Counted from the first letter of the stretch, positions 7,634-19,300 are shown. The stretch is 22,965 nucleotides of DNA from a virus (IMGVR_UViG_3300045988_053025), one strand, 5' to 3'. Notes: a model not told the origin generated them from the letters alone. Numbers and translations: made by a program.

Positions 7634-8620
7634 ATGGCTGTTAAAGGCTTAACTGCGCTAACGCTGGCTGACTGGGGTAAGCGCGTCGATCCAAACGGGA
7701 AAGTCGATAAGATTATCGAGCTTCTCGGTCAAACTAACCCGATCCTTCAGGATATGCCCTTTGTCGAAGGGAACCTTCCTACCGGACACCGAACCACCAT
7801 TCGTTCTGGTTTACCTTCAGCTACCTGGCGTTTGCTGAACTATGGCGTACAGCCAAGCAAATCAACCACAGTGCAGGTAACCGATTACGTTGGCATGCTG
7901 GAAACCTATGCTGAAGTCGATAAGTCACTGGCTGATCTGAACGGCAATACCGCTGAATTCCGCCTGTCTGAAGACCGCGCATTTATTGAAGCGATGAATC
8001 AGCAGATGGCGCAGACGCTGTTTTATGGTGATTCCAGCGTTAACCCTCAGCAGTTTATGGGACTGTCCTCCCGCTATTCCAGCCTGTCTGCGGGTAATGC
8101 TCAGAACATCATTGATGCTGGTGGCACGGGTACAGATAACACCTCAATCTGGTTAGTGGTGTGGGGCGAAAACACCGTGCATGGCATCTTCCCGAAAGGG
8201 CAGAAGGCTGGCATCCAGATGGAAGATAAAGGCCAGGTGACACTGGAAGATGCTAATGGCGGCAAGTACGAAGGCTATCGCACCCATTACAAATGGGATA
8301 ACGGACTTGCTCTGCGTGACTGGCGTTATGTTGTTCGCATTGCAAACATCGATGTCAGCAATCTTTCAGAACCATCCTCTGCCGCAAATATTGCGAAGTT
8401 GATGGTTAAAGCACTACATCGCATTCCAAACCGTGGCATGGGCCGCCCGGTGTTCTACATGAACCGCACTGTAGGCCAGGCTCTTGATCTGCAATCTCTG
8501 GAGAAAACATCTCTGGCGATCAGCGTAAAAGAGACAGAAGGAGAGTGGTGGACTTCATTCCGTGGTGTACCAATCCGTGAAACTGATGCGCTTCTGGAAA
8601 CAGAAGCCCGCGTGGTGTAA
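7634..8620 (+). CDS. major capsid protein
   Basis: About 328 aa, directly after the scaffold gene. Start taken at ATG 7634, which has better spacing to GAGGA (7622-7626) than ATG 7628. Followed by a stem-loop. Confidence 0.7.
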   Translation: MAVKGLTALTLADWGKRVDPNGKVDKIIELLGQTNPILQDMPFVEGNLPTGHRTTIRSGLPSATWRLLNYGVQPSKSTTVQVTDYVGMLETYAEVDKSLADLNGNTAEFRLSEDRAFIEAMNQQMAQTLFYGDSSVNPQQFMGLSSRYSSLSAGNAQNIIDAGGTGTDNTSIWLVVWGENTVHGIFPKGQKAGIQMEDKGQVTLEDANGGKYEGYRTHYKWDNGLALRDWRYVVRIANIDVSNLSEPSSAANIAKLMVKALHRIPNRGMGRPVFYMNRTVGQALDLQSLEKTSLAISVKETEGEWWTSFRGVPIRETDALLETEARVV

Positions 8621-8636
8621 CGCCTGTTATTAACCT

Positions 8637-8656
8637 GTGGGTCGTAACAGACCCAC
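8637..8656 (+). other. stem-loop downstream of capsid gene
   Basis: GTGGGTC-GTAACA-GACCCAC hairpin with no U tract, so probably an mRNA-stabilising or partial-termination structure rather than a full terminator. Confidence 0.3.
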
Positions 8657-8671
8657 TAATGGAGAAAGAAG

Positions 8672-9109
8672 ATGATCACCGACAAACTGTTGATGTTCTC
8701 CGAAGCACAGGCGGTAACTGATACCGCTGCTTCTACTGACGTAATCGATCTCGGTCCAATTGATGGAAACCGTCGCGATATCGGTGTGGGTTACCCGCTT
8801 GAGTTTTGGGTGCTGGTTAACGAAGCCGCCACGGCAAGTGGTGAGGCAACTGTAAACATCCAGTTGCAGACGAGTGAGAATAACAGCTCTTGGACCACTA
8901 TTTATGATAGTGGTGCGTTGGCAAAGGCCACCCTGACAGCAGGTAAGCGAGTTGTTTCTGCAAAGGTGCCAGCCGGTGTTCAGCGATATCTGCGTGTTAA
9001 CTACTCCGTCGCAACTGGCCCACTAACGGCCGGCAAATTCACTGCGGGTATCAGTCTGGATGTTGATGCCAATACGCCGTATCCGATCCGCTCAAAAGTA
9101 ACTGGTTAA
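8672..9109 (+). CDS. virion structural protein (possible capsid decoration protein), 145 aa
   Basis: GGAG RBS 7 nt upstream of ATG 8672; position immediately after the capsid gene; composition suggests a beta-rich protein. Function is inferred from position only. Confidence 0.5.
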   Translation: MITDKLLMFSEAQAVTDTAASTDVIDLGPIDGNRRDIGVGYPLEFWVLVNEAATASGEATVNIQLQTSENNSSWTTIYDSGALAKATLTAGKRVVSAKVPAGVQRYLRVNYSVATGPLTAGKFTAGISLDVDANTPYPIRSKVTG

Positions 9110-9119
9110 GGTGATATCG

Positions 9120-9455
9120 ATGTCAGGTGAGAAACCAAGATACCGCGTTCTGCGCCTCTCTCATATCCATAACACTCTGTGGCCGGAGGGGGCAGAAATC
9201 GAATACGAAGGTGAGCCTGGTAGCGCACTGGAACCTGTTAACGATGCAGCCAGACAGGCAAAAGCAAAAGTTGCAGGAAAGGTGTCAATGGCAGCAACCA
9301 GCACCAAAATCATCAACGATGTGTCAGATGATGGTGAACTGGATAAGCTCCGTGAAGAGTACGAATTGCTCTTTAACGAGAAGCCACACCATAACGCCAA
9401 AGCCGAAACGCTACGCGAGAAGATCGCAGATAAGCGTAAAGAACTGGGCGTGTAA
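9120..9455 (+). CDS. hypothetical virion-module protein (111 aa)
   Basis: ATG 9120 with AAGGTGA 5 nt upstream (ORF track starts at GTG 9111). Followed by a strong terminator. Confidence 0.5.
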   Translation: MSGEKPRYRVLRLSHIHNTLWPEGAEIEYEGEPGSALEPVNDAARQAKAKVAGKVSMAATSTKIINDVSDDGELDKLREEYELLFNEKPHHNAKAETLREKIADKRKELGV

Positions 9456-9471
9456 GCCTCGCGAATCAGAC

Positions 9472-9493
9472 AAGGGGCTTCGGCCCCTTTATT
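9472..9493 (+). terminator. rho-independent terminator after head genes
   Basis: GGGGC-TTCG-GCCCC hairpin (9474-9487) followed by TTTATT. Confidence 0.65.
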
Positions 9494-9511
9494 GCAGGAG
9501 TATAGAAACTT

Positions 9512-10117
9512 ATGGCCTCTGTAGTAGAGATCTGCAATCGTGCGCTGTCCAATATTGGCAACAGCCGCAGCATTAACAGCCTGACGGAAGCCAGCAAGGA
9601 AGCGGGGGAATGTTCGCTGCACTTTGAGGCCTGCCGTGATGCTGTGCTTTCTGATTTTGACTGGAACTTTGCTACCAAACGCGTGGCGCTTGCAGATACG
9701 AGCAATCCACCGCCTGACTGGGAATATGCGTACCAGTACCCGTCAGATTGTCTGCGCATTACTGAAATTATGCTTCCTGGTGTACGCAATCCAACAGCAG
9801 CAATGCGCGTTCAGTACGAAGTTGGTGCAGACACCAACGGAACAGGAAAATTGATCTACACAGACCAGCCGCAGGCATGGCTCAAGTATGTCTCTCGCGT
9901 TTCAGATGTAAACATGTTTGATGCCATTTTTATGGAGGCGCTGGCCTGGCGTCTTGCGGCAGCCATTAACATGGCGCTGACTGGGAATGCGGATCTCGGT
10001 ACATTTGCTCTCAATATGTACAATCGCGTGATTCTTAGTGCTGGCTCGCATAGCCAGAATGAATCACAGGAACCACAGCCACCGGTTGACGAGTTTACCA
10101 TTGCGAGGTTGTCCTGA
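9512..10117 (+). CDS. virion structural protein (possible head-tail adaptor or tail tubular protein), 201 aa
   Basis: First gene after the terminator; its stop overlaps the start of the following 823-aa gene (ATGA at 10115-10119). Function from synteny only. Confidence 0.55.
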   Translation: MASVVEICNRALSNIGNSRSINSLTEASKEAGECSLHFEACRDAVLSDFDWNFATKRVALADTSNPPPDWEYAYQYPSDCLRITEIMLPGVRNPTAAMRVQYEVGADTNGTGKLIYTDQPQAWLKYVSRVSDVNMFDAIFMEALAWRLAAAINMALTGNADLGTFALNMYNRVILSAGSHSQNESQEPQPPVDEFTIARLS

Positions 10118-12588
10118 TGGCTATCAGTTGGATCCAGCCCAGCTTTGCCGGTGGTGAGATTGGACCGTCGTTGTACGGGCGTATTGACATGGCGAAGTAC
10201 CAGGTGGCATTGCGCAAGTGCGATAACTTTATCGTGCGGCAGTATGGCGGCGTTGAGAATCGACCAGGTACGCGTTTTGTCGGTGCCGCCAAATACCCAA
10301 ATCGGAAATGCCGCCTGATCCCGTTCCAGTTCTCGACGGTTCAGACCTATGCTCTGGAGTTCGGACACCAGTACATGCGCGTTATCAAAGATGGTGCGTT
10401 GGTGCTGAACAGCAGCAATGTTATTTATGAAATTGCCACGCCATATACTGAAGCCGATCTGTTCCGAATTAAATTCACGCAAAGCGCCGACGTGCTTACG
10501 CTTGTTCATCCGGCATACCCGCCGAAAGAGTTGCGTCGCTATGCGCATGACAACTGGCAACTGGTTGATGTGGTAACGAAGAACGGACCATTTGAAGATA
10601 TCAATATTGACGAGTCAGTGACGGTTTATGCCAGCGCCAGCACCGGGACAATTACGTTAACGGCAAGCGCCTCTATTTTTGGCGCGGAGCAGGTAGGCAA
10701 ATTGTTCTATCTGGAACAGCCTGCAGTGGATTCTGTGCCGGTATGGGAAACCAGTAAGAGTACGTCGATTGGCGATATTCGCCGAGCAGACAGTAACTAC
10801 TATCGCGCCGTTAAAGCAGGCAAAACAGGTACTTTGCGCCCTTCGCATACAGAAGGCACATCATGGGATGGCTGGGGTGGATCGGGTGATGATGATACTG
10901 GCATTGAGTGGGAGTATCTGCACAGTGGTTTTGGCATTGCCCGTATAACTGCTGTAAATGGCACTACTGCAACAGCTGAGGTGATTTCCTATATCCCTTC
11001 GCAGGTCGTTGGCGAGGATAATGCCAGCTATAAATGGGCTAAATATGCCTGGAACAGTGTTAATGGTTATCCTGGCACTGTTGTTTATTATCAACAACGT
11101 CTTTACTTCGCCGCATCGACTGCGTTCCCTCAGACTATCTGGGCCAGCCGTACTGGGGATTATAAGGATTTTGGCAAAAGCAATCCTACGCAGGATGATG
11201 ACAGAATTATCTACACCTATGCCGGGCGTCAGGTTAATGAGATCCGTCACCTGATTGATGTTGGTTCACTGGTGGCGCTGACTTCCGGAGGTGAGTACGT
11301 CATCACCGGCGACCAGAACAAAGTGTTAACCCCATCATCATTTGCATTCAGCTCTCAAGGATCAAATGGCTCGAGCAATGTCCCACCAATTGCCGTGGCG
11401 AATATTGCTCTGTTCGTCCAGGAGAAAGGCAGTGTTGTCCGTGATCTGGCCTACTCATTCGATGTTGACGGCTATCAGGGGAACGACCTGACCATCCTTG
11501 CCAATCATCTTTTTCAGAAGCACAGCATTGTTGACTGGTGCTTCTCTATTGTCCCTTACTCCAGCGCCTTCTGCATTCGTGATGACGGTAAATTACTGGT
11601 GATGACCTATTTGCGTGATCAGCAGGTTTTTGCATGGGCACCACAATCCAGTGCCGGAAAATATGAAAGCACATGCAGTATCAGCGAAGGAAATGAAGAT
11701 GCGGTGTATTTCGTTGTTAACCGAACCGTTAACGGGCAAACAGTGAGATACATCGAGCGACTGTCCAGCCGTTTATTTACCAGCGATGAAGATGCTTTCT
11801 TTGTTGATTCTGGCCTTAGCTATGATGGAAGAAATACGTCTGACAGAACGATGATCATCACTGGTGGTTCTGGCGAATGGGATTACCGCGCGGAATATAC
11901 AATCAGTGTTTCTGGTGGTGCGTACTTCACCAGTAGTGATGTCGGTGCGCAACTACAGTTCCCTTATACCGGAACTGATCCTGATACTGGCGATGAAGTG
12001 TCAAAAGAATTACGTTGCGACATTATTTCTGTAACCAGCAACACCGCTGTAGTGGTTCGTGCTAACAGGAACGTCCCGCCATCCCTCAGGAATGTGGCCA
12101 CCACGAACTGGCAGATGGCGCGCCGGGCATTTGGCGGCTTGTCTCATCTTGAAGGTCAGACCGTAAACATCCTCTCTGATGCGAACGTGGAACCACAGAA
12201 AGTAGTTTCCGGAGGTGCCGTCACGCTGGAATCACCGGGGGCTGTAGTGCACATCGGCCTGCCAATAACTGCTGAATTCGAAACACTGGATATCAACATT
12301 AACGGACAGGAAACGCTGCTGGACAAAAAACAGGTGATCCCATCCGTTACTCTGGTTGTGAATGCCAGCCGCGGCATCTGGGCGACTACGCCAGGCGGTA
12401 AATGGTACGAATATCCACAGCGTGAATTCGAGTTCTACGATGATCCTGTTGATGATGCTACCGGAAAAGTAGAAGTGAAACTGGACAGTAACTGGGGCAA
12501 AAACGGACGTGTAAAAATCCGTCAGCTTGATCCGTTGCCGCTGTCTGTTCTTGCCGTTATTCCTCGCCTTACTGTTGGGGGATTCTGA
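10117..12588 (+). CDS. large tail or virion structural protein (823 aa)
   Basis: Long ORF translationally coupled on both sides; its size and position resemble the tail tube or hub proteins of short-tailed phages. No motif recognised with confidence. Confidence 0.7.
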   Translation: MAISWIQPSFAGGEIGPSLYGRIDMAKYQVALRKCDNFIVRQYGGVENRPGTRFVGAAKYPNRKCRLIPFQFSTVQTYALEFGHQYMRVIKDGALVLNSSNVIYEIATPYTEADLFRIKFTQSADVLTLVHPAYPPKELRRYAHDNWQLVDVVTKNGPFEDINIDESVTVYASASTGTITLTASASIFGAEQVGKLFYLEQPAVDSVPVWETSKSTSIGDIRRADSNYYRAVKAGKTGTLRPSHTEGTSWDGWGGSGDDDTGIEWEYLHSGFGIARITAVNGTTATAEVISYIPSQVVGEDNASYKWAKYAWNSVNGYPGTVVYYQQRLYFAASTAFPQTIWASRTGDYKDFGKSNPTQDDDRIIYTYAGRQVNEIRHLIDVGSLVALTSGGEYVITGDQNKVLTPSSFAFSSQGSNGSSNVPPIAVANIALFVQEKGSVVRDLAYSFDVDGYQGNDLTILANHLFQKHSIVDWCFSIVPYSSAFCIRDDGKLLVMTYLRDQQVFAWAPQSSAGKYESTCSISEGNEDAVYFVVNRTVNGQTVRYIERLSSRLFTSDEDAFFVDSGLSYDGRNTSDRTMIITGGSGEWDYRAEYTISVSGGAYFTSSDVGAQLQFPYTGTDPDTGDEVSKELRCDIISVTSNTAVVVRANRNVPPSLRNVATTNWQMARRAFGGLSHLEGQTVNILSDANVEPQKVVSGGAVTLESPGAVVHIGLPITAEFETLDININGQETLLDKKQVIPSVTLVVNASRGIWATTPGGKWYEYPQREFEFYDDPVDDATGKVEVKLDSNWGKNGRVKIRQLDPLPLSVLAVIPRLTVGGF

Positions 12589-13052
12589 TGATCGATGTTC
12601 AAATTATTCCCGCAACCGAAGAGCATCTTCAGATGATTTTGCCGGATGTTCGTCAGGCTGATATTGACGAACTGTATGCGGTATCACTGATGACTACCGA
12701 AGATGCGCTGCGTGTTGGTCTGCGTACTGCGACTATGGCCTGGTCAGGATTTGCGAACGGAGAACTGGTAACCATGTTTGGCGTATCTCCGGCGTCAATG
12801 ATCGGTGGCAATGGTACGCCCTGGCTGGTCGGAACCAGCCGTATCGAAAAATATCAGAAGACATTTCTTCGCCACTGCCGCCCTGTATTGCAGCAGATGC
12901 TGGCAGTTTATCCGCGCCTGGAAAACTATGTCGACGAGCGAAACCATGTTGCCAAAGCATGGCTGCACTGGCTTGGATTCAGGCTTGAAGAAGCCGCGCC
13001 TTATGGTGCTCTTGGTCTTAATTTCCACAGATTTCACATGGAGAGAAAATAA
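12588..13052 (+). CDS. hypothetical virion-module protein (154 aa)
   Basis: Start overlaps the upstream stop (TGATG at 12586-12590) and its stop overlaps the next start (TAATG at 13050-13054). Confidence 0.55.
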   Translation: MIDVQIIPATEEHLQMILPDVRQADIDELYAVSLMTTEDALRVGLRTATMAWSGFANGELVTMFGVSPASMIGGNGTPWLVGTSRIEKYQKTFLRHCRPVLQQMLAVYPRLENYVDERNHVAKAWLHWLGFRLEEAAPYGALGLNFHRFHMERK

Positions 13053-13597
13053 TGTGCGATCCGGTTATTGCTGGTGGCGCAATGCTCGCCATGAGTGGCA
13101 TTCAGGCATACACCCAGTACCAACAGGGAAAGTATGCCTCGAAGGTTGCAGAAGCGAACGCAGATATAGCCACAGCTCAGGCAAATGATGCAATAAACAG
13201 AGGTAACGCTGAAGCTGAGCAACGGCGCAGAGAGACCCGACAGCGGCTTGGTACACAGGCGGCGACAATGGGGGCTACCGGCGCTGATTTATCTACAGGT
13301 AACGCGCTGGATATATTTGGTGACACTGCTCAGTTCGGCGCTCTTGATTCGCTGACGACGGTGAATAACGCGCAACGCGAGGCTTACGGTTATCAGGTTC
13401 AGGCTGCCAACTATAAAGCAGAAGCCAGTTCAGCCCGTAAACAGGGGAATGTGGGAGCAGCAACAACATTGCTCACTGCGCCTCTGAAGGCATACGGTGC
13501 GTACCAGATGCTTGGTGGGACGTGGAGTCCGTTTACTCAAAGCACTCCTGCGCCAATCGGGGCAGCAGCAGGAACCAGATTACCCGGAGGATTATAA
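13052..13597 (+). CDS. putative internal virion protein (181 aa)
   Basis: Ala/Gln/Gly-rich protein coupled to the next gene (TAATG at 13595-13599). Confidence 0.55.
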   Translation: MCDPVIAGGAMLAMSGIQAYTQYQQGKYASKVAEANADIATAQANDAINRGNAEAEQRRRETRQRLGTQAATMGATGADLSTGNALDIFGDTAQFGALDSLTTVNNAQREAYGYQVQAANYKAEASSARKQGNVGAATTLLTAPLKAYGAYQMLGGTWSPFTQSTPAPIGAAAGTRLPGGL

Positions 13598-16314
13598 TGC
13601 CAGTCGTACCAACAGTATCCGGACGCCAGGTGCAAAGTCGTGGTGTGCAAACCGGTGGTTTTCAGACCTTCGATGTTCCTCAAGCAGGTCAGGTGCTGGC
13701 GAATGTCGCAGATCAGTATGCGGTGGCATATGGTGAAGCCAGGCAGAAAGCGAATGTTGCATTGTCTCAGGATGCCATCCTTCAGCTTAATCAGCGCAGC
13801 AATGAACGTCTTTATAACCCTCAAACCGGTTTTTATGCACAACAAGGCAAAAATGCGATTGGTAAGGGGCAAGAGTACATATCTGGATTTGATCAGGATG
13901 TGGAAGAAATAGCTGCTTCATTGACTGATGAAGCAGCAAGAAATATGTTTTTGCAACAAGCCAGAACACAGAAAATTCAGTTCAGTACTGGAGTTCTCAG
14001 ACATGAGATAGGGCAGACAAATGCCTATGAAGATGAGCAATATCAGGCAACGAGAAAATTATGGATACAAAATGAAGCGGATGCCTGGAATGACCCGCAA
14101 ACTGCCACTTTAGCCAGAAATTCCAGAATGGTAGCCATTGCTAGATATGGAGCTGCCAGGGGATGGTCACAAGAACGCATTCTGGAAGAAATAGAAAGTG
14201 ATGATCGCCGTGCCACAGAAATGCGGGCGAAGAATTATGCCGCTGCCAATCCAGAAGGATGGCTAAATGGTCTGTTTCAGAAAAATGATTCTGGAGGCAT
14301 GGATATGCGTGCCATACGCCTTGTTGAATCAGGTGATCGACATTTTAATCCTGATGGTAGTCTTCTTGAAGGACCGATAACATCTTCTGGAGAGAGAGCC
14401 CAGGGGAAATACCAGTTAATGCCGGGCACAGGGAAAGAACTGGCGGCCAAGCGTGGCGTTAAATACAACCCTACGGACGAACAACAGCATGAAATGCTCG
14501 CCAGTGACTATGTAAATCAACTGTATGGTAAGTACGGCTCCGAAATATTGACCGGAGCAGCATATAACTGGGGGATGGGTAACGTGGATAAACTGATCGC
14601 CAAAGTCGGTGATCCACGTAAAGGTGAAATATCAGAAGAAGAATTTATCCGAAATCTTCCATCAGAAACACAAGGGTGGCTTTCCCGATATAGAAAAAAT
14701 AAAACTGGAATGGATCCGCTGACTATTTATCAAATAGATAACCTTGCTAATAGTCAGATAGAAAAGCAAAGGAAGTTAATATTAGAACAGCTTGAGCCAG
14801 CTATTAATAACACCATGGCCCAGCTATATAACGGTGAGGTTCCAGATTATATACCGGCTCAGGAGACTATCATCAGGGGGTATGGAAAAAATGCAGATAA
14901 AATAATCAATCAACTGGATATAGCGATTGATAACGCGAGAATATTCCAGGCAATTCAGTATTTACCTCCTTCTCAGCAGCAAGAAGAAATGCAGAAAGTG
15001 AAGCCTGAGGTTAACGATCCTCACTATGCGTTAAAACTCGATGCTTACGGAAAATTGTCTGCATTGCTTCAGCGATCAAATGAAGCAATTCAGGCGCAAC
15101 GTGATTCACGCAGATTCAATGAGGCGCTGACAATAGGTGAAAAATTAGACCCAAGCAACAAATCAATGCAGAAAGCTGCTGATTACACAGAAATGGCGCA
15201 GAACTTTCGTATTAATGATGCCTCCACTCATGATGGGGTTGTTCGGCTTGTGGCTCAGACTGGCATCATGCCTTCGCAGGTCATCACGCAGCTTTCAGCA
15301 GTATCCAGATCCAGCAATCAGGAAGTGGTTAAAAATGCAGCGAATTTGTTTAGTCGGTTATATGAAACAGACAATGCATCTATTGGAAATATGCCGAAGG
15401 ATATGCAGGGTTTTTATCTGACTGTTAAGCAACTAACAGATTCTGGCATGTCTGCTGATGCGGCTATCGAGCAGGCGCAGAACCTGACGTACAACCAGAC
15501 CGATGCTCTTAAAGCTCAATTGGCATCAACGCAGAGTTCAAAAGAGTACAAAAATAATCGCAGCAAGGCGATGAATTCTGCTGTCAGCAATATGGCGCAG
15601 TGGTTCCGTTGGGATCCGTCTGCGGATGACCAGACGCCGGAAGCAGCTAGATTCCGTAATGACTATCAGACGCTGTATGACATTAACTACCGCGTTGCTG
15701 GTGGTAACGCTGACGTAGCGAAGCAAATGACCAACCAGCAGATAGCCCGCACCTGGAGTATCAGCGAGGTTAACGGAGAAGCGCAGTTTATGAAATATGC
15801 ACCGGAGGCGCTTTATCAATATGGGCCGTCAGGCTGGCAGGCGGCGCAGTGGAAAGCTGAAAAAGAACGGCTGATGTACGGTGAGCGCAAAGAGATTATA
15901 ACAACCAGTCCGACGTTGCTTGGGATCACGTCAGGTAATGCTCCTGTAGTTGAGACAAAAACCCCTGAGAGTCGTATTAATGGAGAATTATTCATAACCC
16001 CTGACGTGTTAACACCTCGTAATGGTGATTACGCCATTATGGTAAGAACTAAGGATGAAAATGGCATCGATCGGGTCCAGCCGTTTTATAACAAACATGG
16101 GCGTCCTATGCGTTGGGAACCATCACTAGAAGATTGGGAACCTTATAAGAAAATGCAGCAGGAACGGGAGCAGTACGAGCAGGAAGAAATTATGCGTGGA
16201 CAGGCTATACGAAACTTCAAAGACAAGCATCGCGCTCTGGATGAGCAGTATCAGCGCCTGCATAACGAACGTATGGACAAATTTAAAGATTACTTTTCGT
16301 GGGGATCTAAATAA
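13597..16314 (+). CDS. internal virion (ejection) protein with lytic transglycosylase-like domain
   Basis: Start taken at ATG 13597 (GGAGG 5 nt upstream), not the ORF-track start at 13522 which lies inside the previous gene. Region ~14296-14590 encodes LVESGDRHF...GKYQLMPGTG...AAYNWGMGNV, resembling the SLT signature (catalytic Glu-Ser, Q-hydrophobic-M, AYNxG). Confidence 0.7.
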   Translation: MPVVPTVSGRQVQSRGVQTGGFQTFDVPQAGQVLANVADQYAVAYGEARQKANVALSQDAILQLNQRSNERLYNPQTGFYAQQGKNAIGKGQEYISGFDQDVEEIAASLTDEAARNMFLQQARTQKIQFSTGVLRHEIGQTNAYEDEQYQATRKLWIQNEADAWNDPQTATLARNSRMVAIARYGAARGWSQERILEEIESDDRRATEMRAKNYAAANPEGWLNGLFQKNDSGGMDMRAIRLVESGDRHFNPDGSLLEGPITSSGERAQGKYQLMPGTGKELAAKRGVKYNPTDEQQHEMLASDYVNQLYGKYGSEILTGAAYNWGMGNVDKLIAKVGDPRKGEISEEEFIRNLPSETQGWLSRYRKNKTGMDPLTIYQIDNLANSQIEKQRKLILEQLEPAINNTMAQLYNGEVPDYIPAQETIIRGYGKNADKIINQLDIAIDNARIFQAIQYLPPSQQQEEMQKVKPEVNDPHYALKLDAYGKLSALLQRSNEAIQAQRDSRRFNEALTIGEKLDPSNKSMQKAADYTEMAQNFRINDASTHDGVVRLVAQTGIMPSQVITQLSAVSRSSNQEVVKNAANLFSRLYETDNASIGNMPKDMQGFYLTVKQLTDSGMSADAAIEQAQNLTYNQTDALKAQLASTQSSKEYKNNRSKAMNSAVSNMAQWFRWDPSADDQTPEAARFRNDYQTLYDINYRVAGGNADVAKQMTNQQIARTWSISEVNGEAQFMKYAPEALYQYGPSGWQAAQWKAEKERLMYGERKEIITTSPTLLGITSGNAPVVETKTPESRINGELFITPDVLTPRNGDYAIMVRTKDENGIDRVQPFYNKHGRPMRWEPSLEDWEPYKKMQQEREQYEQEEIMRGQAIRNFKDKHRALDEQYQRLHNERMDKFKDYFSWGSK

Positions 16315-19300
16315 TGCCAGTTTATGCACAAGCTGAAGATCTTAATAACGGACTGATCCCGTCAGGTAATGTTTTGCCGGAACAAACTGGGTTTGATGTT
16401 GCCCTTCCGGAAGGGGCTAATCCTGAGCCATTGCCACCGGAGCCTTCCGTATGGGGGGCTGCAATGCGACAGAACAATATTCTGGCTGGTTTTTTCCGAC
16501 CAGCCAGACAGTTTGAACCGGTCGAAGGTTATAACCCATATGCTGATAAAAATGAGTTGCACGGTTATGAATACTGGGGGGCGAAATTTGCAGATTCCCG
16601 ATCGCCAGAGGAAACGGCGTGGATTAAGCAGCAGATAGATGATGAAAATGAAGACAGACGTTTATTGTCTGATGCTGGCGTAGTTGGAACCCTTGCCAGT
16701 ATTGCTGCGGGAATGGATCCGGTTACTGTTGCGTCAATGTTTATCCCCGGTGCTCAAGGAGGGGCACTGGCGCGTATTGGCTCACAGATTGCGATTGGTG
16801 CAGCCGGTACAGCATTAAGCGAGGTTGTGCTGAATAATCAGCAAATAACACGCTCATGGGGTGAAAGTGCCGCTCACATTGCAGCGGGTGCGATGATGAG
16901 CGGCGTGTTTGCCAGTGCTGGTGTTGCGCTTTCGCCATCCGTCCGGGCTGCAGCCACGCGTGAGGTTGCTGATGCTCTTGATAATATGAGCATTACATCA
17001 GCGACTGACAGGGCTGCCGCTTCGCTTTCTGATGGTGGTAGTGTTGGTGCTATGAAAATTGATACAGCGACTCTGGATGATTTAACCCCTGTTTCCGGTG
17101 GGGTGGTTGGAAAGGCTGCATGGAAAGCAGGGAGCTATCTTACTCCTTTGACAAGGTTAATGGAGTCTCCGTCCAAGACAGTGCGAAAAACAACGCTGGA
17201 GTTAGCCGAAAATAATTTCACCCTTAAAGGAAATGAAAGGGGGATTGAAACACCGGTAGCTGTAGAAACCCGTACACGTGGATGGCAGCGTGAAGAAGCT
17301 GCTGTTGTTGTCGGAAATAAACAGGCATACGCAAAGTATAAAGCTGATGGTGGTGACATGAGTTTTGATTCATTTCGTCAGCAGGTTGGGAATGCTATGC
17401 GAAGCGGTGATGTGCATGCTAATCCTGTTGTTCAGGAAACGGCGCAGGCGATGCGAACTGTATTAAATCGGGTGAAGGTTGAAATGCAAAAGCTTGGTTT
17501 ATTGCCGCCAGATGAAGAACTGAAAGCATTAGGCCAGGCAAGCTATTTCCCACGTATATATAAAGTTGGAAAAATAATCAGTGAACGCGATAAATTTCGA
17601 CGTATTTTGGTTGACTGGTGGTCGAGAGGCAATAAAACACTGGATCCTGAGGATGCTGAAATTGCAGCGGATATCGTAATTAATAAAATTACTGGTGCTA
17701 AGGTTCCACAGGATTTTGTCAGCGTATTTTCTGTAAAAGCCGCAGGTAGTACGAAAGAAAGAACATTAAATGTGCCTGATAGTCTTATCAGGGATTATCT
17801 CGAAAGTGATGTGAATTACGTTCTACAACGTCATATCCGTGAAGCGGCAGCAGAAATTGAGTTGACGAGAACATTTGGCAAACGAACTATGACAGAGCGT
17901 CTGCAATTAATTGAGGACGAATATGACAGTCTGTTACGGGAAGTGCCTGAAAAAATAAAGGCGAAATATGACGAAAGTGTGGCAAATCTGAAAGCACGTT
18001 ATGAGAGCAATGGTGAAGTTGTTCCTCAGGGTAAACTCGATTCATTAATGCGAAAGTACGAAAAGGAATTACGGAAAGAACAGTCCAGACTTTCAAAATC
18101 AAGAGCAAATGATCTCAGAGACATAACAGCATTACGCGATCGTCTTGTTGGTACATATGGTATGCCTGATGACCCGTCTTCGTTTTTTGTTCGTGCTGGC
18201 GCTTTTCTGCGGGATGTGAACTTCACGACCAAACTCGGTGGAATGACAGTATCAGCTATTCCAGATCTGGCCAGAGGGGTTATGGTTAATGGTTTCCGTA
18301 ACTCCATGAAAGGCTATGCTTCTCAGATATCCCAATCACCGGCATTTAAGGCCAGCAAAGAAGAGATGTTGAAGATGGGGATTGGATTGGAAACTGTACT
18401 ACATTCACGTTCTCGTGCAATTGGTGATCTTGTTGACAGTTCTTCCAGGACAACAGCAGTCGAAGCAGGAATGGAGCGAATTACTGATGCCTTCGGCAAG
18501 CTGACACTCATGGATCGATTTAATGACATAAACAAATCCATGAACGGAATGCTCACGTCAGACGGTATTTTGTCTGGTGCGTTTTCTGCACGTCGCATGG
18601 CAAAACTCGGTATCAACGACAATATGGCTGCGCGTATTCGCAGTGAGTTCGAGAAACATGGTGAGGTAATTGATGGATGGCACATTGGTAACTTTGATAA
18701 ATGGGACGATCAGTACGTTGCCGGAGTATTCCAGTCAGCGGTTCTGAAAGACGTTAATAACACTATCATCACCCCCGGTATTGGTGACACACCTTTATGG
18801 GCGAGTACTCCAATGGGGCGAACGATATTTCAGTTTAAATCATTCACAACGGCTTCATACAACCGTGCGCTACTTGGTGGGTTACAGGAAGGAACTGCGC
18901 AATTTTATTATGGCACTGCATTTCAGATTGCTCTTGGCTCACTGGTCTATGCGCTTAAAGAAGCATCGAAAGGGAAAAATGTTGACTGGTCACCAGAGAA
19001 GCTGGTGCTTGAGGGTATAGATAGATCCGGTATTCTTGGGCCATTGATGGAATATAACAATATGGCTGAAAAGGCTACTGGTGGTGCTGTTGGGCTGGGG
19101 GCTTTATTTGGCACTGGCACACAGTCTAGGTATGCCAGTCGTGGATTCGTAGGATCTCTATTCGGACCGTCATTTGGTCTTGCGGATAGCATCATTGATG
19201 TGACCGCAGGAGTGTTGAATGGTGATGCCGGTGATCGTATTGTGCATAATGTCCGAACCCTGATACCCGGCAATAACCTGTTCTGGATTGCGCCACTAAT

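Noticed and set aside
13522-13596. ORF-track start at 13522 for the 930-aa ejection protein
   Set aside because: It would overlap the previous gene by 75 nt in another frame. ATG 13597 has a GGAGG RBS and a TAATG coupling overlap with the upstream stop, so the shorter form is preferred.
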